Part shown: positions 52,869-64,000 of the stretch, one piece after another
Numbering within the stretch: the stretch's first letter is position 1
Layout of the letters: every line of letters starts with the position of its first letter
Origin: Trichoplax adhaerens
Taxonomy: Eukaryota; Animalia; Placozoa
NCBI RefSeq assembly: GCF_000150275.1
Contig: NW_002060945.1
Span: 9,068,011-9,132,010 of the forward strand
Length of the DNA stretch: 64,000 nt
Reading direction: 5' to 3'
Position numbers and translations under genes: made by a program
Notes under the pieces: model-generated
Database searches by the model: none
The model's input: only the letters and a program-made list of their open reading frames with translations
Told to the model about the DNA's origin: nothing

Positions 52869-55800
52869 ATGGCCAATATTAGATTGGGTTGTCATCTAAT
52901 GATATTAGCTCTTTGCCTGCAATGGACGATCGTTGACGGTGGCAAAGGATGGAGAGGATGGAGAAGTAAAGATATTGAACTGTTTGATTTAGTAGAAAGA
53001 CTCAGTAAAGATTTTTATACCATGTTATCCGTTGAAAAGGTAATTAGGAACGTGACTGAATGAATATTATACGATAGCTCCTGTCTTGCTATTGCTATCC
53101 GCTTGGTAGAACTATAAATTCTTCATCTTGAGCTTAACGATCTCATTACTATACAGCAGTTTTTATTTTTCTCTTAGTCCTTTTCTTAACCATGTCCACC
53201 AACACATTATAACTGTATGATTTTAAGTCAAAATGGCCGTTTAGTATAGACTTGAGCCTAATTTATGTTGTGCTTATTTCAATCGATTCATTGGATATTT
53301 TATCCTTCTTGTATGTAGACTGCAAGCGTGAGTGAGATTAAACGTGCCTATAGGAAATTATCCATTCAATATCATCCAGATAGGAATAAAGATGAAAACG
53401 CCACACAAGTATTTCAGGATGTAAGTTATTCCTTTAAAATTATATCCAGTTCAAGCGGAAAATAGTTCTAAGGTCTTTATGGATACTTGGATGATATCAA
53501 TGAGTGGGCCCCTTTTTTCTTACTCTAATCGAGTCATCGAATCACTCTAGTTTAGACAAGCTAATACAGCGTTGCCTGATATTGAAATGTTTCCATTTTT
53601 GTATTTTATTTCTAGCTCTCCCTGGTGGTAGAAATCTTAACGGATCGCGAGAAAAGGAAATCGTAAGTTTGATCTTGTCCTATACTATTTCTTAATTGAT
53701 TGATGATAGTTGCTTTCTAAGCATACCATGAATAACTAATTGAACGATTTTATCCCAATTTCATCGATTTCGTGGAATTATTTCTATCTTAATTCCACGG
53801 TTTCATTTCAGTTTCATGAATTGAAATTGTGATTCGATTGAGTCCCATTATTTCTATAAGCTTGCCATCAATAATTACCCGAACTAAGCTTACTATGAAT
53901 GACTAATCGAACGATTTTATCCCAATTTCATTGATTGAAATCTGCTCTAGATTGCGTGGCATTATTTCTACCTTAATTCCACGATTTCATTCCAATTCTA
54001 TGAATTGAAATTGTTGTCAGATTGAATCCCATCATTTCCATCTTGTTCGTTGATTTAATTTTTATATGCTTGCCATCAATGATTACTAGAACGATTTGAT
54101 TCCTATTTTAGGCATTGAAATTTGTATAGGATAGAGTCCCATGACTTCCATCTTGCTTGTTCATCACTTCTCATAAGCTTACTATCAATGATGAATGCAA
54201 CAGTTTCATTTAGTTACATTATTCCCATCTCGTTAATTACTTTTTATAAGTTAACCATCAATGACTACTTTAACAGTTTCATTACCATTTCATTTAGTTA
54301 CATTATTTCCATCGACTTTGCTTGATCTTATGGGCTTACCATGAAGGGCTAATAACACGGTTTGATTGAAACTTCTTTTAGTCGCTTTATTTCCATCTCG
54401 TTTGCTGATCACTTCTTATAAGCTTATCATCAGTACTTCTCTAATGGTTCCACTTCAATTTTATTCAGTTCTATTATTTCCATCTTGTTTGCTGATCATT
54501 TCTTACAAACTTACCATGAATGACTACTTCAACGGTTCCACTCCAATTTCATTTAGTTACAGTATTTCCATCTCGTTTGCCGATTACTTTTTATAAGCTT
54601 ATCATCAGTACTTCTCTAATGGTTCCACTTCAATTTTATTCAGTTTTATTATTTCTATCTTGTTTGCTGATCATTTCTTACAAGCTTACCGTGAATGACT
54701 ACTTCAACAGTTCCACTCCGATTTCATTCAGATACAGTATTTCCATCTTGTCTGTTGATCACTTTTTACAAGCTTACCATGCATGACTACTTTAACGGTT
54801 CCACTCCAATTTTATTCAGGTACCTTATTTCCATCTTGTTTGCTAACCACTCCTTATAAGCTAACTATCAAAGATTAATTCAATGAAGAGTTTGATTCTA
54901 CATTTCCTTCAGTTCTACTATTTCCATCTTGCTTATTTGATCACTTCTTACAAGCTTACCATCAAGGGATAATTCAACAGTTTGATCTGATTTCCTTTCG
55001 TCGCATTACTTCCATCTCGCTTACTTGATCACTTCTTATAAGTTTACCATCAAGAAGTAATTCAACCAAATTTAATCGATTAAAATTGTCCTAAATTAAG
55101 TCCCATTATTTCCATCTTGCTTCATCACTTCTATAAGCTTACCATCAATAATTAACTCAAGGGTTTTAGTCCAATCTTATGGATAACGTTATGGATCGTT
55201 ATAATCGTATGGATCACGTTAACTTGATCACTTTTTTATAAGCTTACCATCAAGGACTAATTCAACCAATATTCATCGATTGAAATTGTCATAAATTATT
55301 ATTTCCATCTTGTTTCATCGCCTATATATTTAAGCTTACCGTCAATAATTAAGGGTTTTAGTCCAACCTTATGGATTAAAATTTCGGTATCATTGATTCC
55401 CATGATTTTCGTCTTATTGGCTTGATTGCGATTTCTGTAGAAGCTTACCATAACGGACTATTTCAACGATTTTATTCCCATTTCAGTGCTATTTAGTCGT
55501 ATTATTTTCATCTTGTTTTCTTAATTGTGTTTTATATAAAGTCTAATTATTTACTCTACCAAGTCTACAAGTTCATGTGATTAATTCATCGACCCTCATT
55601 TTATTTGTTCACACGTAGTAGAAAAAATAGTAGGCTAAATTGGCGTCCAATTTGTCAATAGCGATTGAAAATCAACTCCATCTCATTGACATTCAATGCA
55701 ATGGAGCAGCTTTTAGTCCTATTTAAGCCAGTGTGCAAGGAGTTCTTCTCCACTTTTTATAAAGCTTTCATCCATCATGGATATTAGAATTGAAAAATGA

Positions 55801-58800
55801 ACATCATAAACTTCTTTGCCGTTGTCCTTCACTCTCGTCTGCCATGGATCACTAAACTACCAGCATGAATTTCACATCACAGTATTATCACATAACTCGA
55901 GAATGAAATTACTTTTATCTTCTGCTAGCTCTATTTCTTTCAAGAGGATTGAGTGAGAATGAGTAACTTTAGGCCAAAAATAGACAATCATTTTTTCTCT
56001 GTCAACGTCTCATTCTGGCCATCTTTTTTGACGTCAATTGCTATCGCTTAGTCCAGCAGAAGCCGTTAATCATTTCATAAAAGTAATGCGGAAATTAAGG
56101 ATAGTTCCTAATCGAAAAATCTCTACCTACTCTATCTAATGACTCTCCTAGCACTCGAAGAGTAGCCATGATGTTTCTTTTTATCACCAGCTAACTCTAG
56201 ATCGCTCTTTATGAGCATGATGATGTTGATTTAAATGCCCATTGCTCTCCCTTAAATTAGTTATACTGTCCATGCCGTGTTTGTCATTTTATCAAAGTCC
56301 ATTTTCATTTCCTATCGCTACATGGAGAGCAGGTTCAAACTAAAAGTAAACTAGGATTTGGGAGATGTTGATCATTCTGCCCCTTGTCCTCCTTTACTTA
56401 TACTATCCATGCAGTGTTTGTCATTTTATCAAAGTCTATTTTCATTTCCTATCGTTACATGGAGAATGGATTTAAACTAGAAGTAAACTAGGATTTGGGA
56501 GACATTGATCATTCTGCCCCTTGTTCTCCTTTAATTATGCTATCCATGCGGTGTTTGCCATTTTAAGAAAGTCCATTTTCAGTTCTTATCGTTACACGGA
56601 GAATGGATTTAAACTAGAAGTAAACTAGGGTTTAGGAGTTATTGATCATTCTGCCCCTTGCTCTCCTTCTTGTCGTCAAGGCGATATTTGTCATTTTCTT
56701 TCCTCTCGTTCCATGGAGAATTGATGAACAGATTAGCATTCTTGCTGAAGAAATCCTGCGTAGAATAAGTTGTTCATTTTCTATTTTTATCATTTTCTAT
56801 ACATCCAGCTATGATAGAATATTAGAAGATGGACTTCCTGACTGGAAAGAACCCGTTTACTATCTCAGAAGAGCCAGAAAGATGAGCTTTATTGAATTTA
56901 TTATTTTCATGATTTTTATTACTACAATCAGTCATTGGATCTATTTATGGAGCGATTACTTTGGCAAGCGATTTAATCAGGTAACTTTCTGTACTATTTT
57001 TCTGTCAACCAAAGCTTATTCCGTCCTATTTTAGCCCATTTCTAGTGTGATCAATGCATCAGGAGAGCAGACTGTCATGGCTCTCTTGCTAAGCAAGATT
57101 GACTTTCGAGTCGTGTAGTAGACCCGGAAAGCACTAGTTATTTTTACTTGTAAATCACCAATATATGCGAAAGATACCATCAAAAAAATGCATCCATACT
57201 TTATCCTATTTTAGTGTGCTCTACTTCCTGTATAAGCTTCTTTTTTCTTGTAATCATCCTTCCATATCCAAGATGAAACGAGGATTCACAAGCAATAGCT
57301 GCTTTCACGTTAAACATGATTTATTTGCGGTATAAGATATTGATATTTTGCCTTTAATCGTCGCTCTATGTGAAAGATTCAGCACAGATTCATAAACAGT
57401 TTCTTCTTATTATGGTGACTGTAAGTCATTTCTCGAACCTCCATTTCTGTAAAAGATTAAGCTAGATAGAAATTGTTTTACCTTGAATTTTATAATGATT
57501 GCTGTAAGCGAAGGATTAAACACCTATTCACAAACAGTAGTCACATTACTTTCCGCTCAACTCTGCATGTAAACTGATCCCAGATATTAAGAATTAATTA
57601 TTGACTTGTAATCACTGACATCCAACCACTATATTAAAGCTTCAACATGGATTTGAAACGGTTTAATTCAGGAATTCTGATCGTCCTTTTAGTATATGGC
57701 TCAGCCAACACAGAAAAATCTAGAAAGAAAAGCCAAGCAGAAAGCCAAACATCGCCTTGCGGAAGCCAACTACTATGGTAAGTTCCATCCATGATTAATA
57801 CAACCTATCGCTTGCCATGAAATCATTCATCACTATTCTAATATCTACCTATCAATACTTGAAATTTTTTCTGAAAATAGAAGTCTTTCAATCACCCAAA
57901 CTGGATGATTCATTGCCTTATCGAGTCTATTATTTTAGCAAATGGCTCTACGAGTCATGGCCCGAGCATCGAGAGTATATTGTGGCTACAATTCAATCTT
58001 TTCGAAATAAGGAGAAATTAGAAGAAGATGAAGATATCCAAGGTACGGGATAAGATAGGAATGAGAGCTAAGCAACAAGAGCCAGCGAAGGCATACCGCT
58101 GTAGCATTCATGAATCGCCATAACTGGACAAAATTCATTTCTAATTTATAATCTCGTTGACGATATTATTATAATCGTCTACTCGATTGATGACGATGAA
58201 ATGTTGATTACCTTCTCTCAATGCTATTCAATGTAGTGGATCGTAGAAGGAGAAAGAAGCAGCGGATTGAAAATAAATCGGAGAATCATTCAATCATTCT
58301 AATAGCAAGAGATTAACTGCCACTGTTGCGGATAACGTAAAGCCTGAGAAAGCGCCGCAATCCAATGTAGCAAGCTCGACACCAGCTGTTGTAAAAAAGA
58401 GCCCAATTGTCAATAAGGTAGATCTGATCTCTTGATCTAACAGAGGATAATATCCCTATCAAGTTGTAGGCTGATATTGGCAATAGAATCAAAATAGACT
58501 CAAAAATGGATGCATGCTCTGCAATACTTGTTAATTTGATCGCTAAATGGAGGGCTAGAAATGAATGAATGATCAGTGGCTTACGTTATTAGGCTGCTTA
58601 CTAGAATGGAACAGTTTATCCAGCATTGGAGAAGTTTATGTTGACAATGAGTGAAGACATAGTCACTTCTAATCAAGATATTTCAATTTCTTTCCAGGAA
58701 TGGACCGATAATGATATTGTAACATTATCAAAGCTAATGAAGAAATATCCTGGTGGAACTCGCCATCGGTGGGAAACTATTGGAGAAGAAATGAATCGTC

Positions 58801-59806
58801 CATCTTCGCAGGTTACACTTTAAAAATTTTCTCTCATATTCTTAATAAGAATTATCTCAGTTTTAGTAGAAAAAAATAATTAAATAATATGGATATCATT
58901 CCGTTGTTCTAGGTTGCTACTATGGCTCAAAAAATGAAATCGAGTCTTGGTAAAATAAAATCTCCTACAGGTTCGCTTGAAAACTACTATCGCTGCGCTA
59001 TTATTACTACTTCTGCTTAGATATTCTGAAGCTAGAATAGAAATAGGCAAAAAATTCAACGTAGCTATGTCTAGCAACATTTATCCTATGAGTACTGGAG
59101 AGATTGCGATAATTGGCTGCGCAGATATAAACTTTAATCTTCAGTTTACAATTTCCTAAGCTATTAGTAACCGACAAGATTGCAAATACAAATACATTAC
59201 ACATGAATTATGACAGTAATACTACATCTATTTCGATCTTATTAAACTAGAATTGAAATAGGCTAAAACTTCAACCTAGCTATGTCTAGTAACATTTAGC
59301 CAATGAGTGCTAAAGAGATTGCTGCAATTTCTTGAACAGAACTAGACCTTGATATTTAGTTTAGTTTACAATTTTCTGCGCTTTTAGTAACCGATAAGAT
59401 TCCAAATGCAAATACACCATCTGAAAATGACAAAAAAGAAGAAGCTGAAATAGCCAACATCACCCAAATGGGTAACTCTGAGGAAAAAATTAGCCAATGG
59501 TCTCCACTACAAAGCGATCAACTGGAAGAAGCACTGAAAGAATATCCGGAAGAAATCGAAGATCGATGGGATTTAATCTCAATGCTAGTGCCCCAGAAAA
59601 CTAAAGTAAGCAATCATCACTCAAAATTAATACTATTTTCAGTGTCGTATAATTCGCTAAAAATTTCCATTACTCATATTTTCAACACTATCCATCCCAA
59701 ATTGGCCTTACTTTAGGAGGAATGTATGAGCAGATACCTGGAGATAGGGGAAAATCTTAAAAAGCGCCATGTCAACAATAATTCAAACGATGAAGACGCT
59801 GATTAG
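52869..59806 (+). CDS. DNAJC1: DnaJ homolog subfamily C member 1 (ERdj1/MTJ1); exons 52869-53039, 53319-53420, 53616-53662, 56809-56980, 57693-57777, 57881-58042, 58237-58417, 58698-58811, 58913-58970, 59388-59605, 59717-59806; about 463 aa if an 8-bp duplication in exon 7 is removed
   Basis: Signal peptide; WRSKDIELFDLVE; J domain EIKRAYRKLSIQYHPDRN; YDRILEDGLPDWKEPVYYLRRARKM followed by a transmembrane helix; two SANT/Myb domains (WTDNDIVTLSKLMKKYPGGTRHRWETIGEEM; WSPLQSDQLEEALKEYP..DRWDLISMLVPQKTKEECMSRY). As given, exon 7 is frameshifted. Confidence 0.92.
53720..55520. repeat. Long intronic tandem array (about 75-90-bp monomer, locally dimeric) in DNAJC1 intron 3
   Basis: Recurring ATTTCCATCTTGTTTGCTGATCACTTCTTATAAGCTTACCATCAA..ACTA.TTCAAC; near-identical dimer copies at about 54390-54750. 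Confidence 0.92.
56200..56720. repeat. Tandem array, about 135-145-bp unit, 3-4 copies
   Basis: TTGATCATTCTGCCCCTTG at about 56368, 56505 and 56642, each followed by TATCCATGC.GTGTTTG.CATTTT and GGAGAATGGATTTAAACTAGAAGTAAACTAGG-like text. Confidence 0.9.
59005..59420 (+). repeat. About 215-bp tandem duplication spanning a DNAJC1 splice acceptor
   Basis: CTAGAAT.GAAATAGGC.AAAA.TTCAAC.TAGCTATGTCTAG.AACATTTA..AGTTTACAATTT..TTAGTAACCGA.AAGATT.CAAAT.CAAATACA occurs twice. Confidence 0.9.
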
Positions 59807-60044
59807 TTTCATAAAATATCAATTCGAAATAACCTGAATTCCGATCCTATTTATTTTCGCTTCGTTAGCTACTGATTCTCGATTAAACTTTAAAATATGG
59901 CAAGATTGTTATGAAATCACTTTTGCTTGGATAGAATTTAAAACTTAAGTTCTATTTTTAATAATTAGTGTCAATATTTAGAAATATAGCTAAAATTTTT
60001 GATGCCTTTACCAACAGGTTAGCTTTATTTTATGAATAAATTGG

Positions 60045-60580
60045 AAAACTCTTCTATCATCCTTATAGTAGGTCTATAGCACATTTATTTGCCGAATCAA
60101 CCTTAGCCCTTTTAGTCTAACTCCTAGTAAAATTCTTCCACCATTCTTATAACAAATCTGTATTACATCTATTAACTGAATTAATGCTAGCCCCTTAGCT
60201 CCTACCAAAATTTATTCATTATTCTTTTAGCAGATCGATAGCATATCCACTAACCAAATTAATCTTGGCCAGTCTAGCTTATAGAAAAATTCTTCTATCA
60301 TTCCTGTATTGGATCTCTGTTATGTCTATTAACTGAATGAATCTTCATCCATTAGCCTAGTTCCTAACTTTCCATCATTCCTGTAGTAGATTTCTATTAC
60401 ATCTATCCATCGAATTTAATCTTAGCACGTTAGCCTAGCTCCTAACTTTTCCATCATTCCTGTAGTAGATCTTTATCACATCTACTCTATTAATCAAATT
60501 AATCTTAGCCTAAACTCTAGCAAAAGTCTTCAACAATTTTATAGCAGCTTCATATTACATTTATTAATCAAATTAGTCAA
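60045..60580. repeat. Degenerate tandem array (about 80-bp unit) between convergent 3' ends
   Basis: Recurring TTC.ATCATTCCTGTAGTAGATCT.TATTACATCTATTAA..AATTAATCTTAGCC..TAGCCTAGCTCCTA. Confidence 0.8.
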
Positions 60581-61579
60581 CATCATACGGCTCAAGAACG
60601 CACTTTCTCCTTTAAGAGAGAAATGGCGTCAATAAAATCCGCTAAATTCTTCAGTCATTTTTCTACACATTTTAAGACCAAATTGCATCCAAGAATCGTA
60701 TTAGTCTCTATGTCATCAAGACTAAAGCCTATAACTCAAATTATAACCGTCTCTTGTGAAGGAGAAAAGCTCAAAATTATTCAGCAATAGGGAATCTTGA
60801 CCCAAAGCAGAAATATACCATTCAATGGAATTAAATTATTATTTATTAACAAACACCTAAAGGGATTAACTGAGAAATAATATCCTGAATTGTCGCTTAT
60901 GAATATAATTAACCACTCATATTTAATATCGCCGCAGATAGTAGTAGCTAAAATTATTGCATAAAAAGGACTAAGGTCATTAATTGATCAAGTACAGATA
61001 TTTCTATATTTATACCGCTTAATTTTATGATTATAATCGATTAAGTAGGTAGAATATTCATGAGTGAAATATCAGCATAAAATAAAAAATATCATCATTT
61101 AAAATAGATAAAATTGCAAACAGGGGGGTACTCAGCTTCAGATATAGTAATATAGCATGTGCAAGAGGCTAAAAAACATACAGTACAATTACTCCTAAGA
61201 TGTTGACAAGATTAGACTGAGTACTTCAATACTATGTATAAATAAACTCGAGATCATCTATCTCGATACAGCAAAATAATTCTAAATAAAGTAGAACTTG
61301 TGCTAAGAATTACAAAGGTAAAGAGCAAGATGGCGTCAAAATATCACACTGTCATCAATAATAATACTTTAATTCTAATTAATAAAAAAATGATAGATAG
61401 TTTAGCTATTTAAATTAGTACCGGTATTCAAATTAACTTAACGATGTCGAATGACGAAAAATTATCGTATGCAAGGAATGATATTATATGTTGGACATGA
61501 TCATCTAGGTCATTTTGTCGATTAGGTTGGTATTCTAGTTGTTTTCAATTTATTGAATAGTGAATAGGCATTAAAAATA

Positions 61580-64000
61580 TTACATAATTGCACAACACGG
61601 CAATTTGGATGCCACACTACTACTTTGTTTGGAGTTAGCAAGTAGTGGAGTTTTATCGTCAGCAATAGCATCGGATGTCTCAGGCCCTTGTAATAATCGT
61701 AATAATGTACTTTTACCTAACTCACATTGCACTCCAACTTCAGTATAAATTCCTTTAGTACTATCAATATTAGGCTCTCCCATTTCCATAGCTGCTAAGC
61801 CTACTTCTTGATCATTGGGAAAATCAAAACTATTTCTTCGTTGCAATAATCCAGTCACAGTCAACATTTCTGATGGCAAGCCAGTGGCGTTATCCATGCC
61901 TGATAATCGTAGTCGTCGAACTTTTACTGATTTATTATTAGAAATCAGAGAATTAGAATTTTAGAACCATCAAGTAAAGATACTGTATCTTCAGTAAATC
62001 GATATTTCTTAATGGTTAAGATTATAAAATGTAATTTCCAGATCATCAAAGTATATACTGTTTCTTCAGTAAATCGATATTTCAAAATAGTTAAGATCAT
62101 CGATACTTTAAAACCACTAAAGTTACGAAAATGAAATTTAAATCATCAAAGTATAGCTGCTATATCTTTAATAAATCGATATTTCAAAACGGTCATAATT
62201 ATGAAATATAATTTTCGGACCATCAAAGTATAGATACTTTTACTTAGGTAAATCGATGTATCAGAATTGCTAAAATTATTGATACTTTAGAATCACTTAA
62301 ATTACGAAAAAAATTGGAATCATCAAAGTATATATACTGTAATGTAACTTCCATAAATCGACGTTTCAGAATGGTTAAAAATTATGAAAGTAGAATTTTA
62401 AAAATCGTCAAAACATAGATATGTTCGACGTCAGATTGGCTAAAATTTTGAAAATAAAGTTTCAGAATTATCAATGTATAAATATATTAAATTAATTAAT
62501 TTTTTCAATACGGTTAAAATCGCGGAGAAAATGAAATTTCAGAATCAAGGGTAGACCCATTTAATAAATTAACTCTTTAAAAAAGTTAAAATTATGAAAG
62601 TAAAAATTCTAGGATAATCAAAGTATGGGCGTTTTAAATTAGCTAATATCATGCCAATTTATGTCCTAAAATGATCAAACTATTTATTCTTTCGCAATTA
62701 CCTTGTTGGTTTTCGGAAGACGATGTTGACTCTTCTGCTTCTGTAGTTTCGATAAAGTAAATAATTAATACTATTATTACAATTACTCGTCCAATTTTAT
62801 GCTATTACATCTAGCATTTCGTGCATCGTACAATTATTTTGCTGCACTCTTTAAGCATAAAATGCGTATTGTTGTATCATATAGTATTTACATCAAATAC
62901 TGACTCCTCGATCAATCATGGCAAATTATACGCTAGCGATAAATGTCGAGCAATCATAACTGCAATTGATATCCAAGAGTGAACAAATCAATTTTGCAAG
63001 AATGAATTAACATTAACTAATAATCAGCTCTCCATAAAAGTAACCGATATGAGACCATATTGACCAACACTATAACTTAGAATTTAACAGTAAGTATTAG
63101 TAATTTTAGTTTAGATTCACGTATGCAACAACCCTATTCTAAGTATAAAGTAGCTTATAAGCCGTATGGATCCTTAAAAAGTAGATCATGCATTAAAGAT
63201 ATAGCTTATACTATAGCAATATTTTTAGCCTTTTAAATATTCGTAAGCGTAGCTACCGTAACAAAACTAGTGCAATAAATAATCGCCTAAAATGACTAAT
63301 ATAGATCCTTAAAGATAGATCAATATCAAAATTACAGATTTATCTCATAGCTCTAAATTTTAGCCTTTTTCAGTTTTCATAAGTATAGCTATCATGACCG
63401 ATACTTCAGTACTAATACAATAAGTAAGCATCAAAATGACTAATAAAAATCACAAATCCTAGTGGATTAAAATAGTCCCCAACAATCAGCAAGTTAAAAT
63501 TTAAGTCTTAGTAAGTGCATTTTACAATCATACCTAAAATAATCTTCATAGAAGGTGCTCCGGCAGCACGACTTTCTTCCTCTATACAGTGATTAAAAGT
63601 ATCGTGTTTGCTTAAAATTAAGTCTAATACAAGCTAATGATACCATCCATCTATAAAATAGCATTTTTTAGCACTTTATAGCGAATATTATGCGAAAATT
63701 GTGTTAGGCAATCGCTAAAGACACTTTTAATAACAAGAAAAAATTTACAGTATAGATGTAAATTATTTACAGTTAATAACTTGAAGTAGAATTTATGTGT
63801 GTTCCAACAATGAACTAAAGGTATATTATGCTTTAAATTCTATTATAACTCTAATAGGAAGGCGCTAAAATTGGACAATTTCCTATCTAAAATAGACTTT
63901 ATAATATCAATAATTACTTTCTGTTGACTCCGTCGTATTGCTTTCTTTACTTTCAGCTTCAGATTCTAATTTATGAACCAAATCTTCAGCTATCCGCTTT
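61580..64000 (-). CDS. 3' part of an unidentified CaaX-terminated (prenylated) protein; exons >64000-63918, 63581-63534, 62740-62702, 61926-61580
   Basis: Phase-1 GT-AG introns give a continuous frame ..KRIAEDLVHKLESEAESKESNTTESTEKEESRAAGAPSMKIILEAEESTSSSENQQVKVRRLRLSGMDNATG..SKLPCCAIM*. Family not recognised. Confidence 0.7.
61960..62640. repeat. Degenerate intronic tandem array (about 70-100-bp unit)
   Basis: Recurring ATCATCAAAGTATA.ATACTGT..CTTCAGTAAATCGATATTTCAAAATGGTTAAAATTATGAAA. Confidence 0.85.

Noticed and set aside
54122-54786. Hydrophobic ORFs in DNAJC1 intron 3
   Set aside because: Translations of the tandem array.

Overview
AT-rich (roughly one-third GC by eye) eukaryotic nuclear DNA with short GT-AG introns, from an early-branching animal; my best guess is a placozoan such as Trichoplax (inference from composition, gene content and intron style). 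I reconstructed by hand, with reading-frame-consistent splice sites: two 4-exon cytochrome b561 paralogs in convergent orientation (2896-6204 +, 29417-32144 -) bracketing a 2-exon PTF1A bHLH gene (15217-17828 -) in about 20 kb of otherwise gene-free DNA; an 18-exon AF10/AF17 (MLLT10/MLLT6-like) gene (34757-41968 -); tRNA-Val(TAC); RBM45 (43372-49114 +); DNAJC1 (52869-59806 +); and the 3' end of an unidentified CaaX-terminated protein (61580 to the window end, -). About ten locus-specific degenerate tandem arrays lie in introns and intergenic DNA. Main points of interest: (1) the gene set mirrors human 10p12 (MLLT10-DNAJC1, PTF1A) and 2q31/17q (CYBRD1, RBM45, CYB561, MLLT6); (2) a possible secretory/peptidergic module of PTF1A between two b561 genes; (3) strong excess of TACAGTA/TACTGTA, identical to Tc1/mariner excision footprints; (4) an 8-bp duplication that frameshifts DNAJC1; (5) altered domain motifs in AF10 and RBM45. 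There are no CRISPR, rRNA or prokaryotic features. Repeat boundaries are approximate, and comparisons with human genes are from memory, not searches.
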